Shown in pieces: positions 60,429-64,000 of a stretch of 64,000 bases of DNA. Position 1 is the stretch's first letter; the number at the start of each line of letters is the position of its first letter. The translations under genes were made by a program, and so were the position numbers. The notes under the pieces are model-generated. The model had not been told where the DNA came from. It saw only the letters and a list, made by a program, of their open reading frames with translations, and ran no database searches. Source of the DNA: Leptolyngbyaceae cyanobacterium T60_A2020_046 (lineage in GTDB: Bacteria > Cyanobacteriota > Cyanobacteriia > Phormidesmidales > Phormidesmidaceae); the NCBI GenBank assembly GCA_015272155.1, contig JACYME010000077.1:2404-66403 (forward strand), read 5' to 3'.

Positions 60429-62267
60429 TTAGGACACCGATTTCATGAGCCGCACCAACACATAAGTCGGCGTTTCCAGCAGGGGCACTTGCTGCTCTAT
60501 CGGCCACGCGATCGCGGCGATTTCTTCTGGGGTGCCCACCACCAGGGCAGAATTCGCCACTGAGGCCATCACGGCAGCCCGCAACACCCGGGGTGACTCC
60601 AAATAAATCACCGGCTGCTGGGTATAAAACACCAGGGTCGGCTTCATGAACCCCACCATATACAGCGCTTCGCCGGGAGCCTGCTCACTCACCGCCGTGG
60701 CGGCAATTTGGCGCAGGGGAAGCTGGCGCACCTCATCCGCAAGCTGATAAGCAGGCACAATCGACACCACCACAAAGGCCACAAAGGCCACCAGGTTGAT
60801 GCTCCATAGCCAGCGACTCCGACCCATCACCAGTGCCGCGATCGCGCTCACCAGCGCGGCCCCCCAAATCACCGCCGCCCACAGCATGATCCCCGACTCG
60901 CGCACGCGATTGGGCAGATCTGGCATGGCGGGATCATTTCCCATCCAGTTGGGGCTATACAGGGCCGCGATCGCGAGCACTACGAAAATCGCCAGATTTC
61001 CGCCCAGGCTCACCCCATAGCCCCATCCCACCTTGGGCGAATGGGGAACGGGCGTCATACGATCGCTCCAGCCCAGGGCCACCACAATGGCCGCAGCGGG
61101 CATCAAAGGGAGCACGTAGCTCGGCAGCTTGGTCACCGCGACGGTAAAAAACCCGAAGATCACCACAAACCAAGTTAAGGCAAACAGGCCCAGGTGAGCC
61201 CTGGGGGGCTGCCGCTGCCAATAGCGCGGAGCCCAGGGACGCAGCCGCGCGATCGCCCAGGGCAGCAGCGGCGACCACGGCAAAAACCCGACCGCGACCA
61301 CCAAAAAGTAGAAATACCAAGGGGCCGCGTGACCATTGACCACACTCGTAAAGCGATCGAAGTTGTGGTAGCCAAAGAACGACTCAATATACGCCTCGCC
61401 ATTCGCCGCAATCACCAGCACATACCAGGGCACCGTGATGGCGAGAAACAGGATAGCCCCCTTCACCAGGTGCATGTCGCGCCACATCGTGCGCCACTGA
61501 CCTAGATATGTGCGAAAGCTGAGAATAATCAAACCGGGGAGCACTACCCCCACCGGGCCTTTGGCCAGTACGGCAAGGGCCGTGAGGCCATAGGACATGA
61601 GATACCAGTTGCGCTGACGGCGGGGAAATTCTGGCTGGGCGTAGCCGAGAAAAAAGGCAAAAAGCGCCGTGCCCATGCACCCGGACAGCAGCATGTCAGA
61701 AACGCCCGTGCGCCCCCACACCAGGGTTTCGGGATGCAAGGCGATGAGGGCAGAACCGATCAACGCCGACCACATCAGGTTCTGGCGACTGCTGCGGGGG
61801 AGGGTTTGCCCAGGGGCTTCACCCAGTGCGGGGTCGGTCGTCTCGGTAGCGGCGATCGCAAATTCTGGGCGAGAAAACCCAAACCGCTGCAAGGTGTAGA
61901 ACCCCATCCCCACCAATGCCGCCCCCGACAGGGCCGACGGCAGCCGTACCGCCCATTCCCCCACCCCAAAGAGATGGAACCCGATCGCCATCAACCAGTA
62001 GACCAGCGGCGGCTTATCAAAACGCGGCACACCGTTGAAGTAGGGCGTGATCCAGTCCCCCGTCTCGTACATCTGGCGGGCAGCTTCCGCAAACAGCGGC
62101 TCGGTTTCATCCACCAAGCCCGTGCTGGCAAGCCCCCAAAAAAAGGCGATACCGCTGATAATCGCCACCCATGCGATCGCGCCCCACAGCGCGCGACGAC
62201 TCACCCGCCGCTGGGAACTTGGGGTGTCTGGAGAAGGGGCAGAAATCATAGTCAACCTGTGAAGCAC
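60429..62267 (-). CDS. GT39/GT83-type (ArnT/PMT-like) membrane glycosyltransferase
   Basis: DETEPLFAEAARQMYETGDWITPYFNGVPRFDKPPLVYW and about 12 TM helices. Confidence 0.8.
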   Translation of the reverse strand: MLHRLTMISAPSPDTPSSQRRVSRRALWGAIAWVAIISGIAFFWGLASTGLVDETEPLFAEAARQMYETGDWITPYFNGVPRFDKPPLVYWLMAIGFHLFGVGEWAVRLPSALSGAALVGMGFYTLQRFGFSRPEFAIAATETTDPALGEAPGQTLPRSSRQNLMWSALIGSALIALHPETLVWGRTGVSDMLLSGCMGTALFAFFLGYAQPEFPRRQRNWYLMSYGLTALAVLAKGPVGVVLPGLIILSFRTYLGQWRTMWRDMHLVKGAILFLAITVPWYVLVIAANGEAYIESFFGYHNFDRFTSVVNGHAAPWYFYFLVVAVGFLPWSPLLPWAIARLRPWAPRYWQRQPPRAHLGLFALTWFVVIFGFFTVAVTKLPSYVLPLMPAAAIVVALGWSDRMTPVPHSPKVGWGYGVSLGGNLAIFVVLAIAALYSPNWMGNDPAMPDLPNRVRESGIMLWAAVIWGAALVSAIAALVMGRSRWLWSINLVAFVAFVVVSIVPAYQLADEVRQLPLRQIAATAVSEQAPGEALYMVGFMKPTLVFYTQQPVIYLESPRVLRAAVMASVANSALVVGTPEEIAAIAWPIEQQVPLLETPTYVLVRLMKSVS

Positions 62268-62538
62268 GTTTTATGAATACCGTTGCACAACGGTCTGGGA
62301 ATATACGGTCTGGCCGTGACGGGCAGAGACGAGCGGATGCGCCTAACCCTCTGCGGGGATCATACCGGGGAAAAAACCACACTGGATAGGCCGCGATCGC
62401 GTCTCCCTCCCCAGCAATGACCTTGGCAGGAGAATCCTTCCCTCTCACAATAAAAAAAACAGCGGGAAAGCACCGCCTTATCCCACATTCGCTAGGCCCG
62501 TGAAATTCAGGCCGCCGCCGCCGTGTTAGGACGCTTCC

Positions 62539-63252
62539 ATGACCAAGGATGACCATTATCAGACCCTACAAGTTGCCGAAACCGCAACCCAGTCTGAAAT
62601 CAAGCAAGCCTATCGCAAGCTTGCCAAACAATTTCATCCCGATCGCCAGACCCAGGCTTCAGGCCATGAGCGCATCAGCCGCATCAACGCCGCCTACGAA
62701 GTCTTAGGCGATCCAGCGTTGCGTTCTACCTACGATCGCCACCGCCGCGTCCAGCGGGCGGGGTTTACCTCCGAGCAACACTTGGACAATCGCGTTGAGC
62801 GCACCGTGCGATCGCAGGAAAGCTACCAGCGCCGCCGCCATGCCTCCCAAGCGGCGGATGCAGAACTGGCAGACTGGTTGCGCCATGTTTATAACCCCGT
62901 CGATCGCTTCATCGCCCAAATCCTGAACCCGCTCAAGGGCGAGCTTCGCGCCCTCTCCGCCGACCCCTTTGACGACGAGCTGATGGAGAGTTTTCAAACC
63001 TACCTCGAAGACTGCCGCACCACACTGGAAAAAGCCCAGGGGCGCTTCCAGTCGATGCCCAATCCGGCTAATGCAGCTGGTGTCGCAGCCAGCCTTTATC
63101 ACTGCCTCAACCAGATTGAAGACGGCATCGAAGAAATGGAACGCTACACCACCTGCTACGAGGAAACTTACCTTCACACGGGGCAAGAACTCTTTCGCAT
63201 TTCGTCGCAACTGCGCCGGGAAGCCAAGGGCAAGCTCAAGGCCGTGGCCTAG
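62539..63252 (+). CDS. J-domain protein (DnaJ N-terminal domain only)
   Basis: DHYQTLQVAETATQSEIKQAYRKLAKQFHPDR...INAAYEVLGDPALRSTYD. Confidence 0.8.
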   Translation: MTKDDHYQTLQVAETATQSEIKQAYRKLAKQFHPDRQTQASGHERISRINAAYEVLGDPALRSTYDRHRRVQRAGFTSEQHLDNRVERTVRSQESYQRRRHASQAADAELADWLRHVYNPVDRFIAQILNPLKGELRALSADPFDDELMESFQTYLEDCRTTLEKAQGRFQSMPNPANAAGVAASLYHCLNQIEDGIEEMERYTTCYEETYLHTGQELFRISSQLRREAKGKLKAVA

Positions 63253-63426
63253 GGCGCGTCATCCATTGAGGCTGAAACGTTTGCCCAGGTGGGATTCCCA
63301 CGCCGCCCTCACCACAGTGCTAGGGGCTTTACCTCAGCCGTGATCAGGACTCTAAATTAAGTTGATGATAGCCCCAAGAAATCAGGAACCCAGAGCCGGG
63401 GTTTAACCCCAACCCTCGTGCCCCCT

Positions 63427-64000
63427 TCAGACATCCGGGAGTCCCAGATCGTGGTCTGGCAGGGCGTGGGAATCAGGGGCTGGCGATCGCAAGATGTCGA
63501 GAATCTGGGCAGCCCGGCGGGTGATGGCAGCCCAATCTTGGGTCGCGATCGCAGCGGGCGGAAACAATGCCGTGGACAGGCCCACCGCGATCGCGCCAGC
63601 TTCGATCAGCGATCGACCATTTTCGAGAGATACGCCCCCAGTTGGAATCAGCGGAATGTGCCCCAGTGGCCCCCGCAGATGCCGCACATAGGCTGCCCCC
63701 CCCACCGCCTGAATCGGAAACACCTTGACTGCACTCGCGCCCGCCTGCCAGGCGGTGATGATTTCCGTGGGCGTGAGTGCGCCAGGAATCGCCGGAATCC
63801 CAGCCTCCGTCAGCACCCGGATCAGCCTAACCGTGGTGTGGGGCATGAAGCAAAACTGCGCCTCCGCCGCGATCGCCTCTGCCACCGCCGTCGGAGTACA
63901 CAACGTCCCTGCCCCAATCTGGCAGTGGGGCAGGTGGTGCCGCAGGGCTATCACCAACCCCACCGGATCCTGGCTTGTCCACGTCACCTCAATCAGCCGA
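63427..64000 (-). CDS. eda: KDPG/KHG aldolase (Eda), 3' portion of the gene; its 5' end lies beyond the window end
   Basis: GAGTL...FCFMPH...IPGALTPTEI...GASAVKVFP...IPLIPTGGV. The frame stays open to the window edge (..RLIEVTW). Confidence 0.75.
   Translation of the reverse strand, partial: RLIEVTWTSQDPVGLVIALRHHLPHCQIGAGTLCTPTAVAEAIAAEAQFCFMPHTTVRLIRVLTEAGIPAIPGALTPTEIITAWQAGASAVKVFPIQAVGGAAYVRHLRGPLGHIPLIPTGGVSLENGRSLIEAGAIAVGLSTALFPPAAIATQDWAAITRRAAQILDILRSPAPDSHALPDHDLGLPDV

Noticed and set aside
59542-60432. 296-aa + strand ORF
   Set aside because: It is antisense to the alpha/beta hydrolase gene, which has a GxSxG nucleophile elbow. It has no motif of its own.
1-64000. GCGATCGC palindromes as specific regulatory or restriction-related sites
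   Set aside because: This is the HIP1 octamer, a genome-wide feature of many cyanobacteria. It is useful here only as a taxonomic and compositional marker, through its depletion in the 37-45 kb cassette.

Overview
This is a chromosomal fragment from a cyanobacterium. The octamer GCGATCGC (HIP1) is scattered through most of the window, the GC content is high, and the photosystem II genes psbB, psbT and psbM are present. A HetZ-like gene suggests a filamentous lineage.

Most of the window is conserved housekeeping content. I recognise these genes:
- Left third: trmFO (3' end), dprA, a PlsC-type acyltransferase, metK, rpsA, nrdR, psbB-psbT, a [2Fe-2S] ferredoxin, psbM, an Anbu-type proteasome homologue, an HtrA protease and a CsoR/InrS-type metal sensor.
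- Middle: a DnaJ-type chaperone, a TgpA-like transglutaminase, a NUDIX hydrolase, purH and guanine deaminase.
- Right third: amt, a sensor kinase, radA, rpaB, plsX-fabH, a GT39 glycosyltransferase and eda (3' portion of the gene; its 5' end lies beyond the window end).

Coordinates 33.7-48.5 kb hold a Wzx/Wzy-type polysaccharide locus that is compositionally mosaic. wzc and wza have native-like high GC. They are followed by a low-GC, HIP1-poor cassette of about 7.7 kb (wzx, GT2, wzy, GT4, acetyltransferase, DUF6492-like gene) that ends in a 1.4-kb stretch with no long ORFs. After that come a high-GC GH74-like lipoprotein and another GT4.

The least explained signal is a conserved element of about 130 nt. 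It occurs twice, in opposite orientation (29.7 kb and 59.1 kb), and carries a helix supported by compensatory substitutions. Copy A sits inside a 340-bp unit with imperfect terminal inverted repeats and a triplicated 38-bp hairpin module. This fits either a structured ncRNA or a MITE-like element.

I found no rRNA, tRNA, CRISPR array or recognisable transposase. I did not see a defence island or any clearly novel multi-gene system. The findings are graded on that basis.

Coordinates come from the supplied ORF track plus manual reading. Several start codons were moved to internal sites and remain uncertain.
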